Shown: positions 22,487-35,500 of the stretch, one piece after another
Position numbering within the stretch: position 1 is the stretch's first letter
Layout: the number at the start of each line of letters is the position of its first letter
NCBI RefSeq assembly: GCF_000143415.4
Contig: NW_003314314.1
Coordinates: forward strand, 749,771-813,770
Source of the DNA: Selaginella moellendorffii
Taxonomy: Eukaryota > Plantae > Lycopodiophyta
Direction of reading: 5' to 3'
DNA length: 64,000 nucleotides
Position numbers and translations under genes: made by a program
Notes under the pieces: model-generated
The model's input: the letters and a program-made list of their open reading frames with translations, nothing else
Told to the model about the DNA's origin: nothing
Databases searched by the model: none

Positions 22487-24413
22487 ATGGTTTGGGTGGC
22501 GGCATTTTTTGTGTAGATACTAGAAAGGTTAAAAGACAGATTCTTCAAAACTTTCTGTTCTCCAGATACTGGACTCTGCTGCCGTTGCCCTGTATGGGCA
22601 AATGCAGAAGTTGAGGTTCGTGACACTCTTTAAGTACCACATTTTGGCGAGGTGAGATGCAACTCAATGGTGCTTAAATATATGTGTTTTTCACTGTTTT
22701 TACTTTGCTAGATACCGCATTTTCATGGTTTTGGCATTTTGTTTCTTGGAGTTCTACCTTTTTATGTGTAAGAGGGATTGCATAGAGCTCCTCTTGTCTT
22801 TGCTTGTATGTATGCATGTATAAAAGCTTTTGAATTTGCACATGCCCACCACAGATCATAGGAGAAACTGATCCCTTGAGAGGATCACTGTTGAAGAGAG
22901 AGTCTCTACTTATAAGTGGGGATTATCAATGTAAGGCAGTGTGTCATGTAACCCAGCAGCAAAGCACATGGCTACAATGCCCTGGGATTCTTAATTCCTC
23001 TCGGAGTCACTTTCACAACAGCACACAATGCTACTACTTGAGGAGGAGAAAAGGGAAAAAAGAAGAAAAAACCATGCACTCACAAACAACAAGAAGGAAT
23101 GAATTTCTAGACAGCTCTTCCCGTAAACTCTATGGTTTCCTTCTCTTTTTCTGAAGGGGAAGGAGGCTTGGCTGCTTCTCCCAATCCAGTTGTCAATTAT
23201 TGTTTCCTGTTTGTCCATCCTTTCACTTTCATTTGCTATGCTGCTATCTGCAGCTGGGTGAAGAGCACTTGGCATGCACGCAGCAGAGCAATGCTACAAT
23301 GCAGTCATGCAGCAACATCACTGCAACAGTTGAACATCAACACACAACAAACGAATACCCACCACCAACCCTCTCCAACTTGAGGCTCCAACACACCCTC
23401 CCAGAAAAAAAAGAAAAAAAAAGAGAGACATAATGTTCAGAAGGAAGAGAGGCCCCTTTTCTTGAAGACAAGGACCCAAGAATTCATAGTTTTCTCACCT
23501 TGAAACCTGTGAATTCCTGCCTCATACCATGAAGCATAAGAAATGTTGCTGCAAACCGCATTAAATGGGAAGGTGAGACAAACCAAACTACCAGATGATG
23601 GAGAAAGTGAAATCTCCACACCATCTTCTGATCCCTCTCAGCCAGCCAAAGGGCCAAGCAAGGCAAGCCAGCTACAATCCAAGACAGACAACAGGATAGA
23701 CATGTACATCTTGCAGGCGGCCTCATTAACAAATACAAGAGAAGAAATTGTGGCCTCTTTGCTGGACTTGGTCCCCATGCAGACGCTCTAAACAACTTTC
23801 CTGGCCCTGAAATCACTCATCTAGTCTCTAAAATCACACTTATCTTAGAAAAGATGGTGGTTTTTATATGAACAAGTTGATTATACAAGGGTGGCAGGGA
23901 GAAAGGAGGTTATATAGTATAGATATATGTATATATGTATAAAAGTATATGGCATAACAAGCCAATCCAGCTTTTTATTGGCAAAGCTCACTCAAACACA
24001 GCAGCTGCTGGAGGAAGAAAAAAAATTTTAAAAGCACACAAAAACAAGACCACACTGAGATGGAAATAAGAAAGACTCCAAATGCACAGAGACCCTTGCG
24101 GGATTCTTCAAAAGCTTGCACACCAACATCAAGAAGAAAGAGAGAAAGAGATCAGAAAGTCCACGGGGGAGTTCGTGACAAGCTCACGAAGATCAAACGG
24201 AAGAACTCTCACAGAAGAACTCTCAGAAGCAAAGAATATAAAAACCAAAGAACGAAAATGGGGAAAAAAGGGGGAGAAAAAAAAAACAGTGGGATCAAAG
24301 TTTTTTTTTCTTCTTTTTTTCTTCCTTTTTTTTTTCTTCTCTATGCCTGAGCCTTGTCCCGTGGAGCTGCAGGCCACACACAAAACCATCCGTCAGCTTC
24401 GCTGTGTATAACA

Positions 24414-26377
24414 TCAACCCGAAAAACCACTCCTCTCGATCTCTCTCGCTACAAGCAAAGAAATCCACACACAAGAGTTTCTTTCTTTTGATCTTGGCAA
24501 GATCATGAGAATCCCAGGAAGAGGGCCAGAAGGATTGAGCGTGCCTTCTCAGCGGCAGAGTTCTTCCCCAAGTCCTCTGCCTTTCTCTCTATGTAAAAGT
24601 ATAATGCAGTGTGTGACTGTGACTGTCTGTGTGGTATCATCTCTGGGTGTGTGCTTCTCAAGGGGGAAGATGGTTTCTATCACTTACCAAGGCCAATCGC
24701 CTCGGAGCCTTTCATGATACGAAGCCTCTTCACAGTTCCAGTGAACATCCTGAAAGATCCAAGAGGAAGAGCTTTCGGTAAGCACGGAGAAGAAGAAACA
24801 AGTGTAAGCACACTTACCCCCAAGGAACATCACCGACGAGCATCAGATCCCCGTCTTTGTCCTCGTAAGTCAGCACAAAGTCGGAGCTCTGGAGAAAGTT
24901 GAGCTTCTTCTCGCCGGGATCGCGGATAGACGAGACCTCTGGAGTGCCATTCTGACCTGTTTAGATACCAAAGGCCCCAGCTCAGCTCAGGAATCTCACA
25001 AGCAAACCAAAAGATGCAAACTTACCAGTGATGAATCGGAGAAACATATCCTCGAGAACGGTAGACAGCTTGTCGTAGCTGTTGTTGGCCTTGAGATCCA
25101 CCTTCCGGCCGATGGGAACGCCATCCATGTAAACTTTGACAAACAAGGGACTGGCAGTAGCAGCGTTCGCAGCAGCAGGAGCCGGAGCTGGAGCAGAAGT
25201 GTTGCTGCTAACACCATTCTTGGTGGTGGTCTCTGTAGATTTGTGCTGTGGAGGTGGAGGATGAGCCACCAAGTTCTTCCTGAAAGACTGCACTGGGGGC
25301 CAGCCCACAACCGGTGGACTGCAAAGACGAAAACACCGAGCATGAGAAAACAAGCTAAGAACTTGAGGCTAAACAAACAAAGAGGAAAAGAACACACCTT
25401 GCCGAAGGAACAGCCTCCTCTGTAGCGTCTTCCTTGTTGTGCGAAGTGAGGCCCGAGCTATTTGGACTCCCGCTGTTGCTATTGTTGTTGTCGACATCGC
25501 CCATCTTGGGTGCCATGCGAGAAGACGAAGGGAAGGGGCCAAACGAGCTCTTGGACTGCTCCAGACCCATCCTCCACGCCGCTGGAAGCTGCTTGGAGCT
25601 GTTCCATGGGTACATGGAAGACGGCATGAGCGGCGGAGCAGTGGCGCTAGCCTTGCCATTGCTGGGCTGCGATGGCGCTGGAGCCACTGGAACTCCAGGA
25701 TTCGAGGAAGAAGCTCCGCCATTGCCAGTGCCCGGGTTGCTGGGAGAGCCCGCCACCACAATGCCGGGGGGATTGGGCATCACGGACCGCCCCTCCACGA
25801 ACTGCCCATTGCTGCCAATCGCCTCGGAGAAGACCCTCTTGTTCTTGTTGGCAGCCATGGCCGCGGTGGATGCCACATTGCAGTAGGCGGCATGGCTCAT
25901 CTCCTGGTGCGCCGCTGGCGATGGCGCCTGGACCTCCTGCGGGATCATCCGCGCTGCTGCCTGCCAGAAAACGTTGCCCCCGGACAGATCTGGCTCGTTG
26001 CTCTTCTCGCTCTTGGGCTGCTCGACCTTCTCGTGCTGCCATTTGGGGGCTTCGCCGGCCGCGACATTGTTCTTGGCTGGCTCCTTGCTCTTGGGAGGGC
26101 CGAGGCGGAGCTCGGTCTCTCCCAGGTTTAGATCCGGCAGCGGCTTGCTGCCGCTATCCGGCTTGAGAGGCATCGATGTTACCTCCGATAGGCCGATGTA
26201 GTCGTGCGCCTTGAGCGTGCTGCCGCTGTCGCCGCTGCTCTCCTGGACTATGCACGATGCTTCATCCCTCACCACCGCTCCTCCTCCTGGCGCGATTCCT
26301 CCTCCTCCCGCACCCGCTGCCGCTCCTCCTGCCGCCTCCGCGAATCCTTTCCCTGCCGGCTGCTCCACAAACGACAT
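24414..26377 (-). CDS. Aux/IAA auxin-response repressor, multi-exon; last exon 24448-24414 is inferred
   Basis: HDYIGLSE, domain [11 protein letters not shown] motif, degron [15 protein letters not shown]1 [17 protein letters not shown] and [32 protein letters not shown]. Confidence 0.95.
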
Positions 26378-27179
26378 TGACAAGATCAGCGCTCGCTCCA
26401 ACACCCGATATTTCGACGCGCGCTCCTCGTCCTGACCCTATCAGCGCTCGAGAATCACTGCCGCCACTCCCAGGCCCCCAGGCGAATGCAGATTATCGCG
26501 AGCTCCGGGCCACATCGCTTGCCGCGCCTCCTCTCTCGATCGATTCTAGCTATGGAAACCGCAATCCCTTCCCGTGCCTTGTGAAGCTCTAGCTATGGCG
26601 CCCGAGAAGCAAGAACAACAAGTTTAGAGCTCTAGGCTAGAAGGAATGGCCCCCGCCCACATTCATATGCTGCCCAAGGACACCCGGCCTTTACACACAA
26701 CCCCCTAAGGACAGTGAGCCGGATTGGAATCCGCGTCTGGCGTCCGCGAGGCTTGCGGTAAATCGCATTGAGTCCCTCGTGCTCAGGTCCGCCGGCCGAC
26801 CGGCAGCCACTTCCGTCGCCGGGAATGGTATCCGGTCGGCCGTCAGGCCGATACGCCTCTTTTAATACAATTTTGCCACCCTCTTTTTACCATTTGTGTA
26901 GATTTGCTCCTTTTATCCCCCCGTTTTACCTTTACGAAGAAATTCTCCTCTCCCGTTAGTCTGCGGCACCTTGATGTTTGGGGACGTACATAAAATCGGC
27001 GATGAATGCCCTATAAATTTCGTGGGTGGTGGTCATTGTAGTGTAATATAATCCGATTCTCTCCATAAAGTTTAGGGCTCTTGAGATCTCTCTCTCTCTC
27101 GTTGGTTGGTTTGGGGGTGTTTTCAAACCACAATGCGTTCCCAACCTACGGAAATTAGGGCATCTCTGCAGCTGGCAAT

Positions 27180-28160
27180 TCGTAACAGCGACAGACAACG
27201 CGGAGGAAGTGTGAGGGCTTTGCAATCCAAGCTACCAACCTGTGGCATTTTTTTAAAAGCCCTAGCCGAATATTCTACTCGCTCGCGCGAACATGCTCGG
27301 TTGGCGCTGTGGTGAGTTGCCTGGGGACATCACCCACAAAACAATGCAAATGATTTGGAGATTAGGGAAGTTGGTTGGGCTATGAAATCTCGAGACAATG
27401 GCAAGGAGGGTTATTCCATTTTTCTAAGCTTTGGGCGCATAGATTTTGACTTTGCGAGGTACGCTTTGCCTTGGTTGATGCCATTATTGATGCCCCCAAT
27501 CCAGCTTTTTAACACTAGTTTTTGGGGAACCACAAGTTGCCCCCACAAGCACAAGGGGCGCAAGCGCATAATCTAATCAGGAACTTGTGCCAGTTTCCAT
27601 GATTATGCCCGGGAGAACATGGATCCACTGTAGCTGTGAAACAACCCAGGGTGGGGTGACAGGTTTTTTAAGGGATTTCACAAGGTGGCGGCCACAAGCG
27701 AGGTGAAATTCTTGTCTTTTGTACCTTATAACAATCCCAATCCCCGACAATTGTCGCTGGCAATCAGTTGGGCGATAGAGTTTTAAAGCCTATTACGAAA
27801 ATGGTGCTGCTTGATGATGATCATGCTTTCTCGCCCTCGCCGCCAAAATCCCGCCCCCCATAAAACTGGCTGCAATTTCGCCACGAAGTTGACCCACCGG
27901 TGGACATGTTTGCGCTTTGCTCGATTCACAGTGAATGGATGGATGGAGTGGATTGGGGTGGATGGATTCATCTTTAAAAAGATGAATAGGGCCTTGTCAT
28001 GTCAAGCAAAAGCCAAATTCTCCGGAAAAAGAAAGCGATGGGAGCCCTAGCTATCAGAGTCGTAGCATGGGAAAAAGATCAACACAAACGGAAAAGGAAA
28101 AAAAAAAAAAAAAGGTGGCGGAAACCCGTTGAAGAACATTCTAAACAAATTTTGTCTCGC
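27180..28160. promoter_or_regulatory. Putative auxin-response element cluster upstream of the Aux/IAA gene
   Basis: CCGACA-AT-TGTCGC pair (27744-27757), GAGACA at 27392, GCGACAGACA near 27188, GGGACA near 27324, TGTCTC near 28153. Confidence 0.4.
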
Positions 28161-30305
28161 AAATGCCCTCACCCCTTTTCCGAAAGTGGGGTCGTAGAAT
28201 CGATGCGATCAAAAGATACATAGTAAACTAACAATACGGACATCTGTACGAAATGGCGTAAGTAGTGGCCCACCCACCGGGTCAAAGCCGTCGGCCCCGC
28301 ATCCGGAGATCGGTCGGTCGTCGCGCGGTTTGAACGGTCAGATCTTAATTAGGGTTCTTGCGGTCGCCCAACAACCCAACCCATTCTCGTGCGCTCCCAT
28401 GTGTTACCCATAACCACAAAAATTCTTCTCGCCCTCGCAATTGGGTGTTTGATCGAATCGCATACACTTGCAGTAGTGTTTCTCATTCTCCCTTTTTCTT
28501 TTTCTTTGACTGAGTATATGGGTGAAATGTAAGATCATCAAATTTATACCAGGTTGTGTGAGAGCTCGCCACCGCCCTATTCTCTTCATCATCATCCCGC
28601 TCGTCATGATCAAAGTTGTTTTGCTCCTCTTCTTTTCTGGAACCGAGAGCTCGTTGGCCTCTCCACTTTGGAGACCAAAGATTTGAGTAAAGTGCGTAGG
28701 CACTTTAGAAAGCACGCGGCTCTGCGAGTTTGTCCTGATCCAAAGGCTCGATCTATCCATGCATTAGCCCTAAAAACACGATTCAAGCGCTGGTTTGACA
28801 AACACACTTTGGAGGGGGAGAGAGAAGATGGCAGTGCGCCACCAAAGCAGCAAAACATTGACGTTCTTTTTCCTCTCCAAATGTCATAAGAGGGACACTG
28901 GCAAAGTCCCCATCACCTTTGCATGGCCAGCCACAGGGCCCTGTTCCCGGTCTTAAGGACAATGCGACACTGGCCCTCCAAAGAGGGGGGGCCATGCCTC
29001 GGTTGCTTTCCCCGCTATTACTCCCTCTTATCGCCATCGCCACCTCATTCATTCCAAGGAGAGAGAAAAGGTGGCGGTGGGTTTAGTTCAAGATTCCACG
29101 TAAAATCATGCATGAAAAGTTGGTGCCAGGAAGACTACAGAAGGGCTGGATCGATATGGGCAAGCGAGCGGTGATCTAACCAAATGGCAACCACACGAGG
29201 CCTTGTAATAATCGGGCGACAGGCCCAGCTCAACCAACATCGGCCCGCCTTAAGTTTTCGGAATCCAACAAGCAACCAAACCTTGTCTGCCTGATCGATC
29301 GCCTCTCTTCTTTGAAAAGCTGGTCTAAGCGAGAAAACATCCACATCTCGCTACGTGGGGGCAAAATTGATGGAATCGCAAAAGCTGGCAAGGGAACAAC
29401 AAAGCATGGATTGCTTGATTCATCCCGTGGGCTTTGATTTTGGTCGAATGATCGATTGGATAGATTGAGTTGGGGGCGACGAGGAGCGACGTCGGCCACT
29501 CGATCCGTGTGGATGGATCTGAATCTCTCAAGTGCAATGGACCAGTCATACACACATAGCTTTTGTTTTGCCAAAAGTTTGGGGCATAAGAATTGGGCGC
29601 TGACACACACAACTATTCGCAACACGAGCTCTCCAGATGGATCAGAGAGACAACATCAATCAATTCATACGATAGCTCATTTCAGTGAGAAATCAATAAA
29701 AAAGACTACACTGTTCCGCTGATTTTCGCATGGTTGGTGTTGAGGTTTCTATATCGGTTGCAGTGCTGAATTCCTGCGCCAAGCACATATTCGGATATGG
29801 AAGGGTTTGGTTGGCGCGAAGAGATTTCAGAACGAGTGTGGCAAAACACATGGCGCGCAGAGCGGGGGTGACGTGGCCGATCTGCCACGCTGGAACCTTT
29901 AAATTTTTAAAAACTGGCAGAATATGCGCCGGGAACGGCGCGAATATTCTCGGAGTTATGGGAACCACGCGGGCTTTGTCACCCATCGCCTGGACAATGC
30001 AAAGGCTCGGCACTTGCTCGTGTCGAGAGTTTCCACCACTCGGAACTTCTCTCTCGTTTTTTTGGTGTTTTCTTTTCTACTCTTGAGAGCTTCTCTCTCG
30101 TTGTGTGTGTGTTTTTTTTTCTGCTCTTGATCGTGAAGCTCGAGGAAGCTCGTAAGACGCGATTCTCGTGAAGATTTGGTGTGTTTGTATGTTGTTTGCA
30201 GCATTATCTCTGGCAGCGACATGTCGGGCTTACGACTTACGCAAGAACAGACGCGGGGCGAGCTTGCAACTTGTTCATCTCTAGCTCGCGGAATTTGACT
30301 GGAAA

Positions 30306-30306
<1 letters not shown>

Positions 30307-30332
<26 letters not shown>
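30307..30332. repeat. (GA)13 microsatellite
   Basis: Read directly from the sequence. Confidence 0.95.
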
Positions 30333-30336
<4 letters not shown>

Positions 30337-30621
30337 TTTGAGTTTAGTCCGCAACATCGACGTGAGAGCTTGAGTGACAGACAGGAGGAGAGAGCGAGTT
30401 ACCCGGGTGTTAAGCACACTGTTCCTGTGGATGAGTTTTTTAAGTACCTGTTAGATTTCTTTTGGCTTTTTTTTTTTTTTTTTTGGCTTCCAGGAATCGC
30501 GTCGCGTCCTCTTCACTGGAAAGCAAGAGCCTCGATCAGCGGCACAATGACTATTTCTCCGAAAAGAATATCACGTACCCGGGGAATTTTGGCAGTGGAA
30601 CACGGCGAGAATCAGTGCACT

Positions 30622-31635
30622 TTAGCTCGGGGAATTCTGGAGGGGAGAGACTTGGCGTCGACTTGTTTGGCTCTTCAGATGCGCGGTAACAATCTCCAGG
30701 TACTTATCAATGCCATCCTCGTATTTGTCATAGATGAGGGGTAGCGTGTGAGCGAGTACCACCACTGGGAAATACAAAAGGAGAGACAAAGCACGTTTTT
30801 TAGCTTTGCAACTTTCGTGCACAGCGCAAGGATTTGCGTACGAAAAAAGCTGGAAGGAAAAGGAGAGGAATGGAATACATTACCAAAATAAAGGAGCGTC
30901 AGGAAGTGGCACCAGCCACCGACAAGAGAGAAGATCCACAGGCCCGCTATAACCTGTAGACAGTGGATTGAGATTTGGAGCGCAACTTGATCCAAAAAGA
31001 GAGAAAGCGAAAATACTATAGTATATGGAAGAAGAAGAAAGAGAAAGAGAAAAAAAAAAGGGAGAGAGAGAAGGATTTACCTCGACACAGAGCATGAAAT
31101 CTTTTCCCAGGGCGATCATATGAATTATTCCAAGTGCTCGGTTTAATTCCAGACGAAGAGTCTGAGCGATGTTCTCGACCATCTCCTCCGAGAGTTGTAT
31201 CTCTGGAATCGGTGGTGGCGGCCTGGAAGAACGAAAGAATGAAGAGCACAGTGAAAGGAAAAGACTCACTTGTCGAGCAAGGCCGCGAGATTCGACCAAG
31301 TAAACAAGATCAAGACGAGGAAGAGGAGCGCATTTGAAGCGATGGAGAGAAGTGTGTAGCCGCACCACTCAAACAGGACGTAAGAAACGGTGGCTCCAAG
31401 CAAAATCCCGCCAGTGACATGCTTCTTCTTCCACATGAGAACATCGGCGTCTGAAACAACACATATAACAGGGGGGGAAAAGAAACATTCACTCACATTT
31501 GCCACCTCCAAGAATCTCGTGAACGCTCCTTTGCGTTCCCAAGGAGTGGGATGAGGAGGGAGGCACTGCCGCCGCTACCAATGCTGGAGGCGCTGGCGAT
31601 GGAGGTTGATGCTCCCCTGCTGGATGCTCGGCCAT
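30622..31635 (-). CDS. Reticulon-like protein B (RTNLB), 5 exons; C-terminus apparently frameshifted
   Basis: RSVHEILGGGKYADVLMWKKK, LFEWCGYTLLS, WSNLAALLDKPPPPIPEIQLSEE, VIAGLWIFSLVGGWCHFLTLLY, HTLPLIYDKYEDGID. Confidence 0.92.
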
Positions 31636-31699
31636 GGCATCTTTAGGTCAAGAAAGCAAAAGAGGCGCCAAATTCCAAGCGGTTGTAAACTCGTTTGTA

Positions 31700-32480
31700 A
31701 TCAATAGAAAGTTCTTAAATTCCATTTAAATTGAATGGAAGTTGAAAAAGGCACATTGCTACAAAGTAGGGATCTTAAACAGGACTTCGTGATAAAATGC
31801 TTTATTGTTTTTCAATAAATATTTTATTTATAAATATTAATACTAAATCATTCAAATAATAAACTGATTTTTTATTATTTAGTAAAAGTTTGGCAATCTC
31901 AAATTAGTATTTTAAATATATAAATTTAAAATTTTTTGCATAAAAGAGTATTAAAAAATATAAATGCCTGCTATCTAAATTTGGTTGAAATAAAAGTTTA
32001 ATAATTCAAGTGCTCTCAAAATAAATAAAGGTTAATCTTTTAAATTTAAATTTGATGGGATTTTATAGATTTAGCCTTATCTACTTCAGATTTGGAACAA
32101 TTAAAATATAAATATAACCTTTTTTAATAATGAAATTAAGTTAAATAAATCTTTAATAGTTTATACAATTTAGAGATTGAAAGCTATTATTATTATTATA
32201 GTTTGATACTGAACTAGACTTCAGAATACAATATATTCTAAATTCAAAACTCAAATATTATTTTGAATTTATATAAGATCCTTTTGCAAGAGCTCTACAA
32301 AAGAGGATCCAATATTGCAAAAAAAAACCAAAAATAAATGAAATACCTTAAATAATGGTTATTTTTGTGAACAAGTTAAATTAAACCATTATAAATCATT
32401 CTTCAACTAAAATTAAATTCATAATATTTTTTAGAATGTGAGAGAGCATTTTAGGAAGTGTTTGAAAGAAGTTCATCGAG
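31700..32480. other. Very AT-rich non-coding island, possibly a non-autonomous TE remnant
   Basis: Abrupt shift in base composition relative to GC-rich flanks; no ORF in the track; small hairpin GATCCTTTTG...CAAAAGAGGATC near 32277-32309. Confidence 0.4.
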
Positions 32481-32581
32481 GATTAATGGAGAACTCATCC
32501 ATTCAGTGCACTGCTCTAACAAAATCTACTGTTTGACGATGTACATGGATGTTTCAAAAATATTTTTATCGCCTAAGCTCT

Positions 32582-35500
32582 TTACCAAAATTCTCCACAG
32601 GAGCACGCTCCATCTCTAAACACATGAAACCGACTCGAGTCTCTACACACGATGGTCCGTCGCTCCAGCTTGGAGATCACAGCCGTCGCCCTGTGACAAT
32701 CCTCGCAAACCCGGAGATTCTTAGAGATCCTTATGTCCGTCCCGGCCACCGAGTTGACAAGCGCGCAAGCTATGGCGAGCCTCTCGCTGTGTCCACACAA
32801 TGCCGACTCTTTCTCCTCCTCGGATATGTCGTGCACGACGCTCTTCGTGTCTGGAACGTATCCCCCCTCCTCCTTCATCCTCAAAGTCACTGCTTTGAGC
32901 CTCGCGGAGATCTCTTCCGCCTGAGGATGGCTCGAGTCTCCCGCCGAGAACCTGTGCACTGTCCCAGCTCCATCGATCCACCAGCTTTGCCCCGGCTTCT
33001 TCCAAGCTCGAGCAGCCCTTCTCAAGCTCCGGATCTCGCCACTCTCCTCCCACATCCCCGCGCTCGCGTAGATGCTTGCCATGAGCGAGTAGGCTCCAGC
33101 GTCTTTGTCGTCCAGGCTCACCACCGAGTCGAAAGCAAGCCTCCCAACTCTCACGTTGCTCCACTTCCGGCTCGCGGCGAGCACGGACATCCACACCGTC
33201 GTGTCCGGCTTGAAAGGCATCGTCTCCAGCATCTCCACGGCCTTCTCCAGCTGATTGGCTCGACCCAGGAGATCCACCATGCAGGTGTAGTGTTCCAGCA
33301 GCGGAGCTATCGAGAACTCCCGGCTCATCATCTCAAAGTAGAGCTTGCCTTCGTCGACCAGGCCGGCATGGCTGCAGAGTGATAGGAGGTGGACGAAAGT
33401 GATCGTGTCCGGCCTCACGTTTTCCCTTCGCATCCTCTCGAACAGCTCAAAAGCCTGCTTTGCGTCGCATTGGTGGCTGTATCCGGCCATGAGAGTGCTC
33501 CAAGTTACCAAGTCTCTTGCCGTGGAAGCGTCGAAAACTTGCTGTGCTTCCACCATGCTTCCACACCTCCCGTAGAAAGCCACGAGAGAATTCACCACGA
33601 GCCGATCGTTCTCGAGGCCGGCCTTGCGAATCTCGTCGTGGACGTTCTTCCCGGCCTCCAAGTCGGGCAATCTTCCACAGGCCTTGAGCGCTGCTACGAA
33701 GATTGGAGGCGTAACTGGAACCAGCTTCTCCTCTCGGATGCGAGCGTAGTACTGGAGAGCCAAGTCGGCCTCTCCACTCTGAGCACACCCCCAAATCATC
33801 GTCGTCCACGAAACAACGTCTCGGAGCTTCATCCTCTCAAACAGCTGCCGAGCATCGGGCACGCTTCCGCACTTCACGTACATGTCGAGAAGATTGTTGG
33901 CGACGATCATGTCGGATTCATAGCCAGCTTTGCGAAGTTGGGTGTGGATCTCCAGTCCCTTCTTCAAACTCTCAGCTTTTACTATTCTTCCGTCAACCTG
34001 CTTGCCAGTTTCCTTGGCCGCTAGACTCGTGCAAGCGTTCACTGCCGTGACGTAAGTTCTCCCGTCGGGAACAAAGCCTTCCTCTTGCATTCGAGCAAAC
34101 GAGGAGAGAGCAAAGTCGCCATCTCCACTCTCAGCATGCCCCCAGATCATTGCTGTCCAGGAAACTAAGTCGTGTCGAGGCATCCTGTTGAAAACCTTGC
34201 CCGCATCTTCCATGCTTCGACACTTCGCATACATGTCGACGAGGCTGCTCGCGACGAACATATCCAGTTCGCAGCTGCTCTTCGAAACCTGCGAGTGGAT
34301 TCTCCGGGCTCTTTCTAAACTCTCTGCCTTGACATGCCTTCCTCCCACTTCCGTGGCATCTTCTCTGGCTGCTATAGCCGTGCAAGCGTTGATGGCAGCT
34401 ACAAAAGTTCTTGAGTCGGGCACCAGTCCTGCTTGGTCTTGCATCCTAGTGAAGAGCCGGAGAGCAGTCTCTCCATCTCCACAAGCTGCGTATCCCATGA
34501 TAATCGAGTTCCAAGTCACCAAGTCCCGCTTTTCCATGCAGTCGAATACTCTCCTTGCCTCACGAACGCTGCCACACTTGGCATACATGTCCAGCAGCGT
34601 GTTGGCGACAAAGATGTCATGCTCGTATCCGCTACTCGAGAGCTGAGCGTGGATGGCTCGGCCTCTCTCCAGGCAAATCTCTCGTAGCTTTGTTCTCGGA
34701 TCCGCCGCTGCTAAGGTCGAGCATGCGTTGAGCGCAGCGACAAAAGTTCTCGCGTCGGGCTGGAAGCCTCTTTCCTGCATGGCAGAGAAGAGATTAAAAG
34801 CCTCATTGGCATCTCCAGATTGTGCGTACCCGGTGATGATCGCGTTCCATGACACAACGTCGTGCCTTTGCATTCGATCGAAGACCCTCTTCGTCTGGAC
34901 CATGCTGCCACACTTGGAGTACATGTCCACCAGTGTGCTTGAAACGTAGATGTTGGTTTCGTGGCCTCGGCTGGCGAGCTCGGAGTGTAAAGCCGCTCCT
35001 CTCTTCAAACTTTCCACCTTGACGAGATTTCCATCCACCTGCTTGGCTTGCTCCTTGAGAGCCAGGCTTGTGCAGGCTTTCAAAGCCGCAACGAACGTCC
35101 GAGGGTCCGGAACGAAGCCTTTCTCTTGCATCTCGGCGAAGAACTCGAGAGCCAACTCCCCTTGATCGGCCTGGACAAATCCCATAATCATCGTGTTCCA
35201 CGACGAGACTGTGCGATTCGGCATCTTCTCGAAGAACTCACGAGCGCGATCCAGACTACCGCACTTGGCGAACATGTCTAGCACCGTGTTGGCCACAAAG
35301 ATGTGCAAGCCTTTCTTCTCTTCTCCATTCCCATCGCTGCCGTGCTCTTCCAGAATCTCGCCCAAGATCCTGATCCCTGTGGCCAAATCCCTGGCGCTGG
35401 TACACGCCTTCAACGCCGCAAGAATCACGGCATTGCTGGGCATGATTCCATCCCCGCGGAGCTGATCGTAGACCCCGATCGGGTCCTGCTGCCCTGACGC

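Noticed and set aside
22500-30400. Conserved miRNA genes in the long spacers around Aux/IAA
   Set aside because: A visual scan found no miR156/160/166/171/319/396/408 mature sequences or convincing long hairpins; this was not a computed search
32549-33382. Long antisense or alternate-frame ORFs (also 3785-4387, 21425-22363, 40481-41260 and others)
   Set aside because: These are shadow ORFs of GC-rich coding genes with no independent motifs
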